From contig JBMNOD010000004.1 of the NCBI GenBank assembly GCA_050942875.1, positions 4,578-68,577 of the forward strand: a stretch of DNA of 64,000 nt. The letters run 5' to 3'. The first letter of the stretch is position 1; each line of letters starts with the position of its first letter. Origin of the DNA: Kiritimatiellia bacterium (GTDB taxonomy: Bacteria > Verrucomicrobiota > Kiritimatiellia > RFP12 > UBA3636). The translations under genes and the position numbers were made by a program. The notes below the pieces were generated by a model. It worked only from the letters and a program-made list of their open reading frames with translations, searched no databases and was not told where the DNA came from. Below are positions 35,137 to 44,683 of the stretch, one piece after another.

Positions 35137-35295
35137 TCACTCGGCAACGAAGTCGTCTTTGCCGACGCCGCAGACCGGACAGACCCAGTCTTCAGGAAGG
35201 TCTTCAAAGGCCGTGCCGGGAGCGATGCCGTTGTCCGGATCGCCAGCGGCCGGATCATAGACATAGCCACACGTTTCGCAAACATACTTCTTCAT
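35137..35295 (-). CDS. rubredoxin (52 aa; below the ORF-track length cutoff)
   Basis: Hand translation of reverse strand: [52 protein letters not shown] with both CxxCG and CPxCG iron-binding knuckles; stop overlaps hisI region. Confidence 0.8.
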   Translation of the reverse strand: MKKYVCETCGYVYDPAAGDPDNGIAPGTAFEDLPEDWVCPVCGVGKDDFVAE

Positions 35296-35398
35296 TGTCG
35301 ATGCTCTCGTTAAGGTTGTAGAAAGTCAAGGGGTTGACAAAGTTGAATCATAGCATTTGCCACCCTGCGCGGTCAATCGTTCAACGCTCCATAATCGA

Positions 35399-38300
35399 TT
35401 ACTCGCCACAAAGCGAGCGCGATGGCTCGGCCGTCAGCACCACCCGGAAGAACCCGCCGTCGGCGCCGGGCAGGACGAAGCGGCTGACGGGGCCTTCGGC
35501 CACGATGCCGGTCTTCACGGGCAGCCACGGATCGCCCAGCCTCGGGGCGTGCTCGACGGCATACACCTTGCCGGGCACGCTCGCCCAGAAAATCTCGATG
35601 CCGGTGGAAACGGGGCGGATGCCGAGGATCTTCAGCACGGAGTTCGCCTGGAGCGGATCGGTCCCCGCAAGATATTCCTCGAAGTTGGCGAGCCCGTCGC
35701 CGTCCGGATCGTCGTCGCGGCCCGAGGCCGCGCCGGCCCAGTCGATGCCGTTGGCCCAGGCGTCGTAGTCCGCCGCCGCGCCGTCGACCGTCACCGTGTA
35801 GGGGCCATGGATGTTTTCCCTGCCGCTGCCTTCGATCTCGACGACGCGCCAGGAATACCGCCCGCCCGGCGTCGCGCCGGGGTCGGCCAGCGTGTACGTC
35901 GTCGGATGCCCGTTCATTTCCGCATGCACAAGCTCGTCGGGATTGAGGCGCGCCCAGACGCCGCCCTCCAGGCGGTCGATCCAGTAGCCCTGCGTGTCGT
36001 ACTCCGCCGCCGTCTCCCATTCGACGAAAACCGTGCCATCCTCGGCATATGCGCGGAAGCTCGTGATCACCGACAGCGTCGGGGACGAGTAGAGACCGGC
36101 GTCGACGTTGGGAAGCGTGTCGCCCGAGGCGACTGTGAAAAGCGCCGAGTACGGGTGGTTCGTCCCGAAGTCGCTGTCCGTATCCGACGTGCTGCCGCCG
36201 GCATGCTTCGGCGAGAAGGCATAGCCGTCCGGCGGGTCAACGCGCAGGACATAGTCGCCCGGTGCGGCCAGGAACGAATAGTTGCCGCTGGCATCGGTCG
36301 TGGTGCGCTCGACAAGGTTCGTCTCCCCCTCCGACACGCTGTAGAGCGACACCGCGATGTCGGCCATCCCCGGCTCGCCGGGATCCTGGATGCCGTCCTC
36401 GTCGAGATCGTTCCAGACACGGCTCCCGAGGGCGATCGGTCGATAGAGCCCGAAATCGACGTCCGTCCGGTTTTCGCCAGACCCAACCTGGACCGGCCAG
36501 CTCCAGCCGGCTTCGTTGCCGTCGCTGTCCGCGGCCGTGTCCGCACTCGCACGCGCAACGGTGCTCGTGCAACCCGCCGGGGACAGAGCCTGGACGTAAT
36601 AGACACGAGCCGCCAGATTCGAGAAGGCGTAGAAGCCGACTGCATCCGTGACATTCGTGCTGATCTCGTTGCCCTCGATGTCCGTCAACCGAACCACGAC
36701 GTTCGAGATGCCCGGCTCGTCGGGATCTTGCACGCCATTGCCGTTCAGATCCTCCCAGACAAAATCACCAATGTTGCCGGGCAACGCATCAAGGAAGACA
36801 TGCCCGCCCGACTCCTGGCCGGACGTGACCGTGACGCTGAGCTGATCCGGCGTACTGGAGATGTAGCCCGCAGGATCGGTCTCCACCAACGTGTAGGCGC
36901 CGGGCTTCAGACCGGCGAACGAAAACGAACCGTCCGCCCCTGTCACGGTCGGCGACCCAAGCACATCCGTGTCGCCTGCATCCAGCAAACGCACCGTCAC
37001 GCCTGCAAGGCCGACCGTGTCGTTGTGGTCCACCAGACCGTCGCCATTGACATCCACAAGCACCTTGCCGGAAATGGTGGCGCAGGTGTAGTCCAGGAAA
37101 TTGTTGCCGAGCGACTGTCCACCGCTGGGCAGCAATACCGCAATGCGGTTGGGATCTCCGCCATCGCTGTCCATCGTGCTGGTCCAGCCGGGCAGATCGG
37201 TCTGGACAACGTCGTAGCGCCCGGGCGGGACGCTCATGAAAAAGTACCGTCCGTCGACCATGGTCGTGGTCGTGGCGACCGTGACGCCATTGGTCTCGAG
37301 CGACACCGTCACGCCTGCCAACCCAAGCGTCAAATCCACTTCATCAAAGTCGCCGTCGGCGTCCAGATCGTTCCAGACGGCACCCCCGATCGTGCCCAGA
37401 CGCGCCTCGAGAAAATCCACGCCGGTCTCATTCTCGCCGCTGGCCAGCGTCACCGCCACCCGCCGGTCGGCGCCTCCGTCGTCGTCGCCGGTGGCGTACC
37501 ATCCGGGCAGCCCCACGATCACGACGGCATAGTCGCCGGGCGCCAAGTCCGCAAAGGCGTAGCCGCCGAGGCTGTCGGTCGTCGTCGTCGCCAGCACCAC
37601 GCCGCAGGGGGTCGTCAGGTTGACCGTCACGCCCGCGAGCCTGTTCGTATCCTCTGCGTCGAAGGCGCCGTTGGCGTTCACATCCTCGAACACGCCGCCC
37701 GAGACGCCGGCGGCCGCCGTGAAGCCGAAGTCCAGCGTCAGGTTGTCCGCGGCGTCGCCATTGGCGCCGTGCGCGCCGGCGCCCTCGCCCGCATCGACGG
37801 TCTCGCCAGTCGGCAGCACAATCTCGTTCACGCCCAGCGCCACGGCGACCGAGGCGATGCCGTTGACGACCGTTCCCACGCTGACCGGCGTGTCGTGCCC
37901 GTGGTCCCTGCCGTCTCCGGCGAGCGTCGTGTCGGAGGACGCCCCGGTGCTGCTGACCTGTCCCGCAAGGCTCGGGGAGCTGCCGACATCCACCACGACG
38001 ACATATCGCCCGGCCTCAAGTCCGTCGAAACGGTACCAGCCCGATGCGTCCGTGGTCGTCGCCGCGGCCACATCGCCCGTGGGATTGCCGCCGCTGTCGG
38101 CCGCGAAGAGCTTCATGGCAACGTGCGCGACGCCGGGCTCGCCCCCGTTCTGAATGCCGTCGTTGACCGTGCCGCCGCCATCGCCGTTGTCGAAAAAGAC
38201 CCGGTTGCCGAGGCTGTAAAGCGGATGGAAGCCGAAGTCCACCGTCAGGTTGTCGTATGCGTCGCCAAGCGGCCCGAAGCCGCCCAGTTCCATGTTTCCT

Positions 38301-41300
38301 TCCACCTCGCCCACCGGCTGCAAGCCGTGGCCCACGGTCACCGGCCGGCTGGCGATCCCGCCCGGCACCGCCGACTCGGCCCCCAACGGCGCATCCAGCC
38401 CGTTGTCGTGCAGATCCGCACCCAGCCCGGTCTCGTCGGTCACGCCCGTCGAGCTGCGGTAGTGCGCCAATTCGGGCGAGCTGGCCTGGTCCACCACCAC
38501 CACGTAGGTGCCCGGCAACAACCCGTCAAAGCGGTAGTAGCCCTCGCAGCACGTGATCCTGCTGGCCAGCGCGGCGCCGGTCGGCGCACCGTTGACGTCG
38601 GCCGCGAAGAGCTTCACCACGACATTGCTGAAGCCGCAGGTGCAGAGCGACTCGATGCAGGAGATGCCGGTGTTGGCATTGTCCTTGAAGATCCAGTTGC
38701 CGATGCTGTAGGTCGGCGTGAAGCCGAAGTCCAGCGTCAAATTGTCGCGGGCGTCGCCATGGGGGCTGTTCGCCCCGGCGCCCTCGCCGGTCGCTTCGCC
38801 TTCCACCGGCGTGTCGGGCCCAAGCGTCGCCGCCACGCTGGCGATGCCGTTGACCACCGCGCCCACCGACACCGGCATGTCGCGTCCATGGTCCTTGCGA
38901 TCGCCGTTGAGCGACACATCGTTCGAAACGCCCGTGCTGCTGACCCAGTGCGCCAGCGCGTTCGCGTTGGCGACATCCGCCACGACCACATAGGCGCCGG
39001 CAATCAAGTCGTCAAACCGGTACCAGCCATCCGCGTCGGTCGCGGTGGCGGCCAAAACCGCGCCCGTGGGGGCGCCGTCGGCATCCGCCGCGAAGAGCTT
39101 CAGCGGCACGCCGCCGACTCCGCTCTCGGCTGCATCCATCACGCCGTTGTTGTCCAGATCGGCGAAGACGCGGTTGCCGAGGCTGTACACCGGAGTGAAG
39201 CCGAAGTCCACCGTCATGTCGCCGTTGGCGTCGACATAGGGACTCGCAAGATCCTGGCCGCCGCCGAGACCCGACTCGTTCGTCGGCTCGGTGCCCGCCG
39301 TCAGCGCGACCACCGGGCTCCAGACCTCCGCCCCGAACCCGCCCGGCTGCAGGGCGTTGTTGTCGCCGTCGACCTGGTTGTCGGCATTGACCGGCATGCC
39401 GCCGCTGATCGGCGTGCCGTACAGCGCGCCGTCCGGCTCGAAGTTGGAAGCCGGAATGCGCACCACCCAGTTGGTGTTGTTCATCAGATCGTGGAAGAAG
39501 TAGGTGCCGTCGGACGCGCTTTGCGTCGTGCCCCAATACACGAGCCCGGTGGCGTTGGTGATGTAGAGTTCCAGCGTCACGTCGGGAATGCCGGGCTCGC
39601 CGGCGTCCCACACGCCGTTGTTGTTGAGATCGCTCCAGACGAGCGAGCCGAGGCTGACCAGATTCGTCTGCTCCAGCGTGGGCGCGTAGAAGCCAAAATC
39701 GATGGTCATGTCGCCGTTGTCGTCGAGCCGCGGCGAGTGGTTGTCCAGCGTGGCCCCCGGCCCGAACTCGCGCGGCTCGCCCGTGTCGTCCTGCGGCTCG
39801 CCGCCGCGGTGGAGATGGAACACGGGGCTCCAGACCTCCTGGCCGGCGGCGCTTTGCGCACCGTTGCTGTCGTTGTCGATCTGGTCGTCTGTCGCGGAGT
39901 GCAGCGTGCTGGCCGTGTTGAGGGCTTCCAGCGGCTGGCCGACGTCGAACATCTCCGCCGGGATTCTGATGCGGTAGTCGCCGGGCACGAGATTGTCGAA
40001 GAGATAGATGCCGTTGGTCGTGGAGGATGTGATGGTGGTGTCGTGCGGCGCGGTGCCGACCAGGTCGCCATTGAGATCCACCTTCCAGATTTCGAGCGTC
40101 ACGCCCGCAATGCCGCTCTCGCCTGCGTCGTAGCGGCCGTTGTTGTTGGCGTCGTTCCACACCAGCGAACCGACGCTGCAGTTGACGGAGTTGACTTCGA
40201 TCATGCCGAAGTCGATGGTGAGATTGTCGTAGTTGTCGCCAAACGGGCCGTTGGCGCCCGCGCCGGCGCCGATGTCGGTCTCGCCCGCGGGTTGCGCGCC
40301 AAAACCGATCGTGACCTTTCCACTTGCAATGCCGTTTACGGCCGGGTGGTTGTCGTCGACGCCCTTGTCGCCGTTTTCACCGGCGATCGTGTTGGTCGAA
40401 CTGAGCATGCCGGCCAACATGCCGGACAACGCGAAGTTGGCGGGCGGCAGAAAGACCGTGTATTCTCCCGGCAGCAGGTTGTCGAAACGGTAGTAGCCGT
40501 CCACGTCCGTCACGGTCGAGGCCACGGTTGTCCCGTTGGTGCGTACGTCGACCAGCACCCCGGCGATGCCCGGCTCGCCGCCGTCCCGCCTGCCGTTGCC
40601 GGCGGTGCCGCCGCCCGCGCCGTTGTCCCAGAAGACGCGATTGCCGATGCTGAAGGTCGGCGCAAAGCCGAAGTCCACCACCAAGTTGTCGTAGGCATCG
40701 CCGGAGGGTGCGTGCGAGGAAGCGCCAACCAGCGAATTGGTCTCCTCGCCCAGAGGCTGCAACCCCGGCCCCAGCGTGATCTTGGCGCTTGCGATGCCGT
40801 ATTGCACAACCCCCAGACTGAACGGTTCGTCCTTGCCGTGGTCTCGCCGGTCGCCAGACAGCGTAAAATCATCGCTGCACCCCGAGCTGCTGACCAGCCC
40901 GACCAGGCTGGTCGATGCGGCGTCGGAGTCCACCCACGTCGAGCCGTCCTTGAAGACGAAGCCGGTCAGGTTGGTGGAGAGGCCCACGTCCACCACCACC
41001 ACGTAGTCGCCCGGCGCCAGACGGAAGAGACGGTACCAGCCGTCGGGATCGGTGAGCGCGGCAGTCAGGTTGTCCACGCCGATCACCAGCGCGTCGCCGG
41101 TGGCGTTGCCGTTGGCATCCGCCGCGAAGACGCGTACCGCCACGTTCGAGATGCCGGGTTCCGCGCCGTTCTGAATGCCATCGTTGGCAGTGCCGCCGCC
41201 GGAGCCGTCGTCCAGAAAGATCCGGTTGCCGATGCAGTAGGTGCGCACCAGGCCAAAGTCGAGCACGAGGTTGTCGCGGTCGTCGCCATACGGACTTTGC

Positions 41301-44227
41301 GAGCCGGCGCCGTCGGCCCCGCTGGTCTGCTCGCCGAGCGGCTGCATGTCGGGGCCGAGCGTTACCGGGGAAGATGCCATGCCGTTGGTGACCGGCCCGA
41401 TGTTGATCCGGGGGAAATACCAGCCGTGATCCTGGCGGTCGCCCGCCAACGTCATGTCGTTGGTGCCGCCGATCGAGCTGGTGTAGCTCGCAAGGCTCGG
41501 ATCCGCGGCAACGCCCGCCTCGCGATCCAGCACCACGACATAGGTGCCGATGACCAGGCCGTCCAGCCGGTACCAGCCACCCGCATCCGTCACCGCATGG
41601 GCCAGCGGCTCGCCCGTCGGAAGCCCGTCCTCGCCCGCCGCAAAGGCGTAAAGCGGCACACCCTCCACGCCGCCCTCGTTGTCATCCTGGCATCCGTTGT
41701 AGTTGTCGTCGGAAAAGACGCGGTTGCCGATGCTGTAGAGCGGCGTGAAGCCGAAGTCCACCACCAGGTTGTCGCAGGCGTCGCCGCAGGGGCCTCGCCG
41801 CCCCGCATCGGAGCTCAGGTTGACCAGCTCGCCTAAAGGCTGCAGGCCCTCGCCGACGGCGACGGGGTGGCTCGCGATGCCGCCGACGATGCCGCCGACG
41901 GAAACCGGCGTGTCGATCCCGTGGTCAAGCAGGTCGCCTGCAAGCGCCACGCTGCTGTCATGCCCCGTGCTGCTGATCAAGCCGGCCAGAGAAGACGAGG
42001 CCGCCACATCCACCACCACCACATAGGAGCCCGCCGCCAGATGGTCGAAGCGATAGAAGCCGAGGTCGTCCGTAACCGTGGTCTGAAGCGCCGAGCCAGA
42101 GGGCAGGCCTCCCGTCGCGGCGAAGAGCGCCATTCTGACTCCCGCGATGCCGGCGTCCGCAAAATCATGGACGCCGTCGTTGTTGAAATCCTTGAAGACG
42201 CGGTTGCCGATGCTGTAGCCGATCACGTTGATCGTGAAGGTGTACCCCGCACTGCGGTCTTCGCCGCCATTGGCCCGGCCGCCGTCATCCTGCAGATGGA
42301 CCGTGACGGTGGCGATGCCGCTCATGCCCGGCGCGGGCGTGTAGGTCAGCGTGCCGTCGGCGGATATGGACGGTGGAACGGAGAAGAGCGCGGCGTTGTC
42401 GTTCGCCACGTTGAAGGTCAGCGACTGCCAGGATTCGTTCGCCGGGCCCTTGCTGATGTCCGCGGCCCATCCCGCCACCGTCTGCGCGCCGGCATTCACC
42501 GGCACGGTCTGATCCGCGCCCGGCGTGAAACTCGGCGCATCGTTCACCGGCAGCACCGTCACGTGTACCGTGGCAGTGTCCGCGCGCCCGTTGAAGTTCG
42601 TGATCGTGTAGGTGAAACTGTCGCCGCCATGGTAATTCGCGTCGGGCGCATAGACATAGGAGCCGTCGGCATTCAGCACGAGCGTTCCGTGTGCAGGCTG
42701 GGTGTGGGCGACCACGGCGATGTCGAAGCCGTTCAAGTCGCCGTCGTTGTTCAGCACCCCCGGCGCGGGGCGGGCCCAGACGCTGTCTTCCGCCAGCGAG
42801 ATGTTGTCGTCGGTTGCCGTGGGCGGCAGCAGCGTGCGCACGATCGCCTCGCCCGGCACATTGTCGCTCGTGCTGAGGGTCGTGTCGATCACCGTGCTGG
42901 TCCCGCCCACGTAGGCGATCACGCTGTTGGTCGTCAGCCCTGCAATCAACGCCCGTGCCTGGAAGGTGAAGTCGCGCGAGCTGCTGGCCGGAATCAGCTC
43001 GGTCTCCGACCAGACCAGCTGCGTCCCGCTGATGTACGGATCGAGCATCGCCACCCCGTTCAGTCGCGAGCTGCCCGGCAGGTACGCCATGTGGGGCGGC
43101 AGGGAATCGACAACGCGGTCGATCGCCACGTCGTTCGTTCCGCTGTTGGTGAAACGCACGGTGTAGGTCACGATTTCGTTCGTATAGGCCCGCGTGACAT
43201 TGGCCAGCTTGGCGAGCACCGTGGTGTTGACCGGCGACTGGATCGGCAGGAAATATTGATAGCCGTCGGTCTTCGGGTGCGAGCTCTTGCTATTCTGCGT
43301 GGCATAGGTCATCGGGCTGACCGGCGTGCTTTGCGCGGTCTCGACCAGCGCCTTGAACGTGTAGCAGGCCGTGTAGGTGAGCTTGCCGCCGGACCAGTCC
43401 ACATCGTCCGCGGGCAACTGAAGATGGTCGGAGACCGTCCGCGCCTGGCCGTTCTTGTTCGTCAACGCCAGCGTGGCGTCGCAAAGCTGGAAGGCCCCCG
43501 CGTTCCACGTGTCGAAGACCGCAGGGCTGAAGTTCACCAGATCGCCTTTCTTGACGTTGCCCGCATCGCCCGTCACCTTTACCATCACCATGCCGCCGAC
43601 CGTCGGCGGATTCGGCCCGTAGGTCACCGTATGGACCTTGCTCGAGTTGTTTTCGCCTGTCGGGGCCACGGTCAGGGCGAAGGTCTGGCTGGCGACCAGC
43701 GCGCCGCCAGCCGGATAGCCCTCATAGACCTTGATCGCATGGCTTTGCGGCTGCGTGGTCGTGGTCGTGGCGCCCAAAAAGAAGTACACGGCCTTGTGCG
43801 CACCCGGCGGAAGATCGTCGACGTGGCACATCCCGCTGTCGCCCCCGGCCAGCGAAACGATGTTGCCCGTGAAACTGCCCGCCTGGACCCAGATGTTGGA
43901 ATAGGCGACCGCCGTGTCATTGCTGATGATGTACGAGACATAGGCGCAGGAAAGCCCGGTCGGGATGTCCGTCTGCAAGACATCGCCGGAGGTCCGCGTA
44001 ATTGTGATCGCCTCGACAGAGAGCGCCCCCGCCGCGAGGAGCAGCCCAGCGGCCAGCGATCCGGAAGTCAATCGGCGGCATGCGGAAAAAGCCGCACGGC
44101 GGAACGTCAACCCGCTGCTGAACTTCCACGAGAAAATCGAATGCGTTTTGATTGCTTCCATCTGAATCTGAACGTTTTCATCCATGGACAAAACCTCCGG
44201 CTTTCGTTGACGGCATCTTTCGGCCAA
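35399..44227 (-). CDS. giant (2942 aa) secreted repetitive surface protein: signal peptide, DUF11-like and Ig/cadherin-like domains, ~14 SdrD-B/Cna-B-type Ca-binding repeats, C-terminal thrombospondin-3-like DxDxDG motif
   Basis: N-terminal signal (LAAGLLLAAGALSVEA); recurring ~110-aa units ...YSIGNRVFxDxNxNGxxDxGExGIxxVxVxL...G.Y.F..L..G.Y.V.V; VLPVNDAPSF cadherin-like segment; C-term DDDPDGDGLANFEEYLAGTDP; no LPXTG or PEP-CTERM tail. Confidence 0.85.
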   Translation of the reverse strand: MAERCRQRKPEVLSMDENVQIQMEAIKTHSIFSWKFSSGLTFRRAAFSACRRLTSGSLAAGLLLAAGALSVEAITITRTSGDVLQTDIPTGLSCAYVSYIISNDTAVAYSNIWVQAGSFTGNIVSLAGGDSGMCHVDDLPPGAHKAVYFFLGATTTTTQPQSHAIKVYEGYPAGGALVASQTFALTVAPTGENNSSKVHTVTYGPNPPTVGGMVMVKVTGDAGNVKKGDLVNFSPAVFDTWNAGAFQLCDATLALTNKNGQARTVSDHLQLPADDVDWSGGKLTYTACYTFKALVETAQSTPVSPMTYATQNSKSSHPKTDGYQYFLPIQSPVNTTVLAKLANVTRAYTNEIVTYTVRFTNSGTNDVAIDRVVDSLPPHMAYLPGSSRLNGVAMLDPYISGTQLVWSETELIPASSSRDFTFQARALIAGLTTNSVIAYVGGTSTVIDTTLSTSDNVPGEAIVRTLLPPTATDDNISLAEDSVWARPAPGVLNNDGDLNGFDIAVVAHTQPAHGTLVLNADGSYVYAPDANYHGGDSFTYTITNFNGRADTATVHVTVLPVNDAPSFTPGADQTVPVNAGAQTVAGWAADISKGPANESWQSLTFNVANDNAALFSVPPSISADGTLTYTPAPGMSGIATVTVHLQDDGGRANGGEDRSAGYTFTINVIGYSIGNRVFKDFNNDGVHDFADAGIAGVRMALFAATGGLPSGSALQTTVTDDLGFYRFDHLAAGSYVVVVDVAASSSLAGLISSTGHDSSVALAGDLLDHGIDTPVSVGGIVGGIASHPVAVGEGLQPLGELVNLSSDAGRRGPCGDACDNLVVDFGFTPLYSIGNRVFSDDNYNGCQDDNEGGVEGVPLYAFAAGEDGLPTGEPLAHAVTDAGGWYRLDGLVIGTYVVVLDREAGVAADPSLASYTSSIGGTNDMTLAGDRQDHGWYFPRINIGPVTNGMASSPVTLGPDMQPLGEQTSGADGAGSQSPYGDDRDNLVLDFGLVRTYCIGNRIFLDDGSGGGTANDGIQNGAEPGISNVAVRVFAADANGNATGDALVIGVDNLTAALTDPDGWYRLFRLAPGDYVVVVDVGLSTNLTGFVFKDGSTWVDSDAASTSLVGLVSSSGCSDDFTLSGDRRDHGKDEPFSLGVVQYGIASAKITLGPGLQPLGEETNSLVGASSHAPSGDAYDNLVVDFGFAPTFSIGNRVFWDNGAGGGTAGNGRRDGGEPGIAGVLVDVRTNGTTVASTVTDVDGYYRFDNLLPGEYTVFLPPANFALSGMLAGMLSSTNTIAGENGDKGVDDNHPAVNGIASGKVTIGFGAQPAGETDIGAGAGANGPFGDNYDNLTIDFGMIEVNSVNCSVGSLVWNDANNNGRYDAGESGIAGVTLEIWKVDLNGDLVGTAPHDTTITSSTTNGIYLFDNLVPGDYRIRIPAEMFDVGQPLEALNTASTLHSATDDQIDNDSNGAQSAAGQEVWSPVFHLHRGGEPQDDTGEPREFGPGATLDNHSPRLDDNGDMTIDFGFYAPTLEQTNLVSLGSLVWSDLNNNGVWDAGEPGIPDVTLELYITNATGLVYWGTTQSASDGTYFFHDLMNNTNWVVRIPASNFEPDGALYGTPISGGMPVNADNQVDGDNNALQPGGFGAEVWSPVVALTAGTEPTNESGLGGGQDLASPYVDANGDMTVDFGFTPVYSLGNRVFADLDNNGVMDAAESGVGGVPLKLFAADADGAPTGAVLAATATDADGWYRFDDLIAGAYVVVADVANANALAHWVSSTGVSNDVSLNGDRKDHGRDMPVSVGAVVNGIASVAATLGPDTPVEGEATGEGAGANSPHGDARDNLTLDFGFTPTYSIGNWIFKDNANTGISCIESLCTCGFSNVVVKLFAADVNGAPTGAALASRITCCEGYYRFDGLLPGTYVVVVDQASSPELAHYRSSTGVTDETGLGADLHDNGLDAPLGAESAVPGGIASRPVTVGHGLQPVGEVEGNMELGGFGPLGDAYDNLTVDFGFHPLYSLGNRVFFDNGDGGGTVNDGIQNGGEPGVAHVAMKLFAADSGGNPTGDVAAATTTDASGWYRFDGLEAGRYVVVVDVGSSPSLAGQVSSTGASSDTTLAGDGRDHGHDTPVSVGTVVNGIASVAVALGVNEIVLPTGETVDAGEGAGAHGANGDAADNLTLDFGFTAAAGVSGGVFEDVNANGAFDAEDTNRLAGVTVNLTTPCGVVLATTTTDSLGGYAFADLAPGDYAVVIVGLPGWYATGDDDGGADRRVAVTLASGENETGVDFLEARLGTIGGAVWNDLDADGDFDEVDLTLGLAGVTVSLETNGVTVATTTTMVDGRYFFMSVPPGRYDVVQTDLPGWTSTMDSDGGDPNRIAVLLPSGGQSLGNNFLDYTCATISGKVLVDVNGDGLVDHNDTVGLAGVTVRLLDAGDTDVLGSPTVTGADGSFSFAGLKPGAYTLVETDPAGYISSTPDQLSVTVTSGQESGGHVFLDALPGNIGDFVWEDLNGNGVQDPDEPGISNVVVRLTDIEGNEISTNVTDAVGFYAFSNLAARVYYVQALSPAGCTSTVARASADTAADSDGNEAGWSWPVQVGSGENRTDVDFGLYRPIALGSRVWNDLDEDGIQDPGEPGMADIAVSLYSVSEGETNLVERTTTDASGNYSFLAAPGDYVLRVDPPDGYAFSPKHAGGSTSDTDSDFGTNHPYSALFTVASGDTLPNVDAGLYSSPTLSVITSFRAYAEDGTVFVEWETAAEYDTQGYWIDRLEGGVWARLNPDELVHAEMNGHPTTYTLADPGATPGGRYSWRVVEIEGSGRENIHGPYTVTVDGAAADYDAWANGIDWAGAASGRDDDPDGDGLANFEEYLAGTDPLQANSVLKILGIRPVSTGIEIFWASVPGKVYAVEHAPRLGDPWLPVKTGIVAEGPVSRFVLPGADGGFFRVVLTAEPSRSLCGE

Positions 44228-44250
44228 AACAAATTCCTTGCACGCTGCAT

Positions 44251-44295
44251 GATCAAACTTTAAAACCAGTAAACTTTAAAACCAGTAAAACCAGC
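44251..44295. repeat. AT-rich 17-bp direct repeats (aactttaaaaccagta x2 + partial) in the upstream region of the giant surface-protein gene
   Basis: caaactttaaaaccagtaaactttaaaaccagtaaaaccagca, 25-70 nt upstream of the ATG at 44227 (minus strand). Confidence 0.5.
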
Positions 44296-44412
44296 ACAAG
44301 TATACAGGATTGAGAATCGTTGCGCAACATCATGAAGTTGAAAGCTCTGTTAGAATTCAGTTAGGATTCCACTGGAAACAAGCTGTCAAAGCAGAAGCCG
44401 ATGGAAGGTTTC

Positions 44413-44652
44413 GCCCCGTCGCCCCCTCGCCCGCGCGCAACGTGGACGCGGCGTCCCCGCCGCGTCTGTCGACAGGGGCACGGACATTCCTGTCCGTGCT
44501 TCGTCCACGGGTTGGAAAACCCGTGCCCCGTCGCCCCCTCGCCCGCGCGCAAAGTGGACGCGGCGTCCCCGCCGCGTCTGTCGACAGGGGCACGGACATT
44601 CCTGTCCGTGCTTCGTCCACGGGTTGGAAAACCCGTGCCCCGTCGCCCCCTG
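44413..44652. repeat. 112-bp tandem direct repeat (2 full copies + 16-bp partial third), each unit carrying four distinct perfect palindromes
   Basis: Unit 1 44413-44524, unit 2 44525-44636 (one substitution, c->a); per unit: GACGCGGC-gtcccc-GCCGCGTC, CTGTCGACAG, GGCACGGACA-ttc-CTGTCCGTGC, CACGGGTT-ggaaa-AACCCGTG. Confidence 0.8.
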
Positions 44653-44683
44653 TTCCAGCCGCTGGCCGCCAACCCCTGGCCGC

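Noticed and set aside
35357-41836. 2159-aa ORF on the plus strand
   Set aside because: It lies entirely antisense to the giant surface-protein gene. The translation is Arg/Ala/Gly/Val low-complexity with no domain-like periodicity of its own. It is a typical GC-rich antisense read-through.
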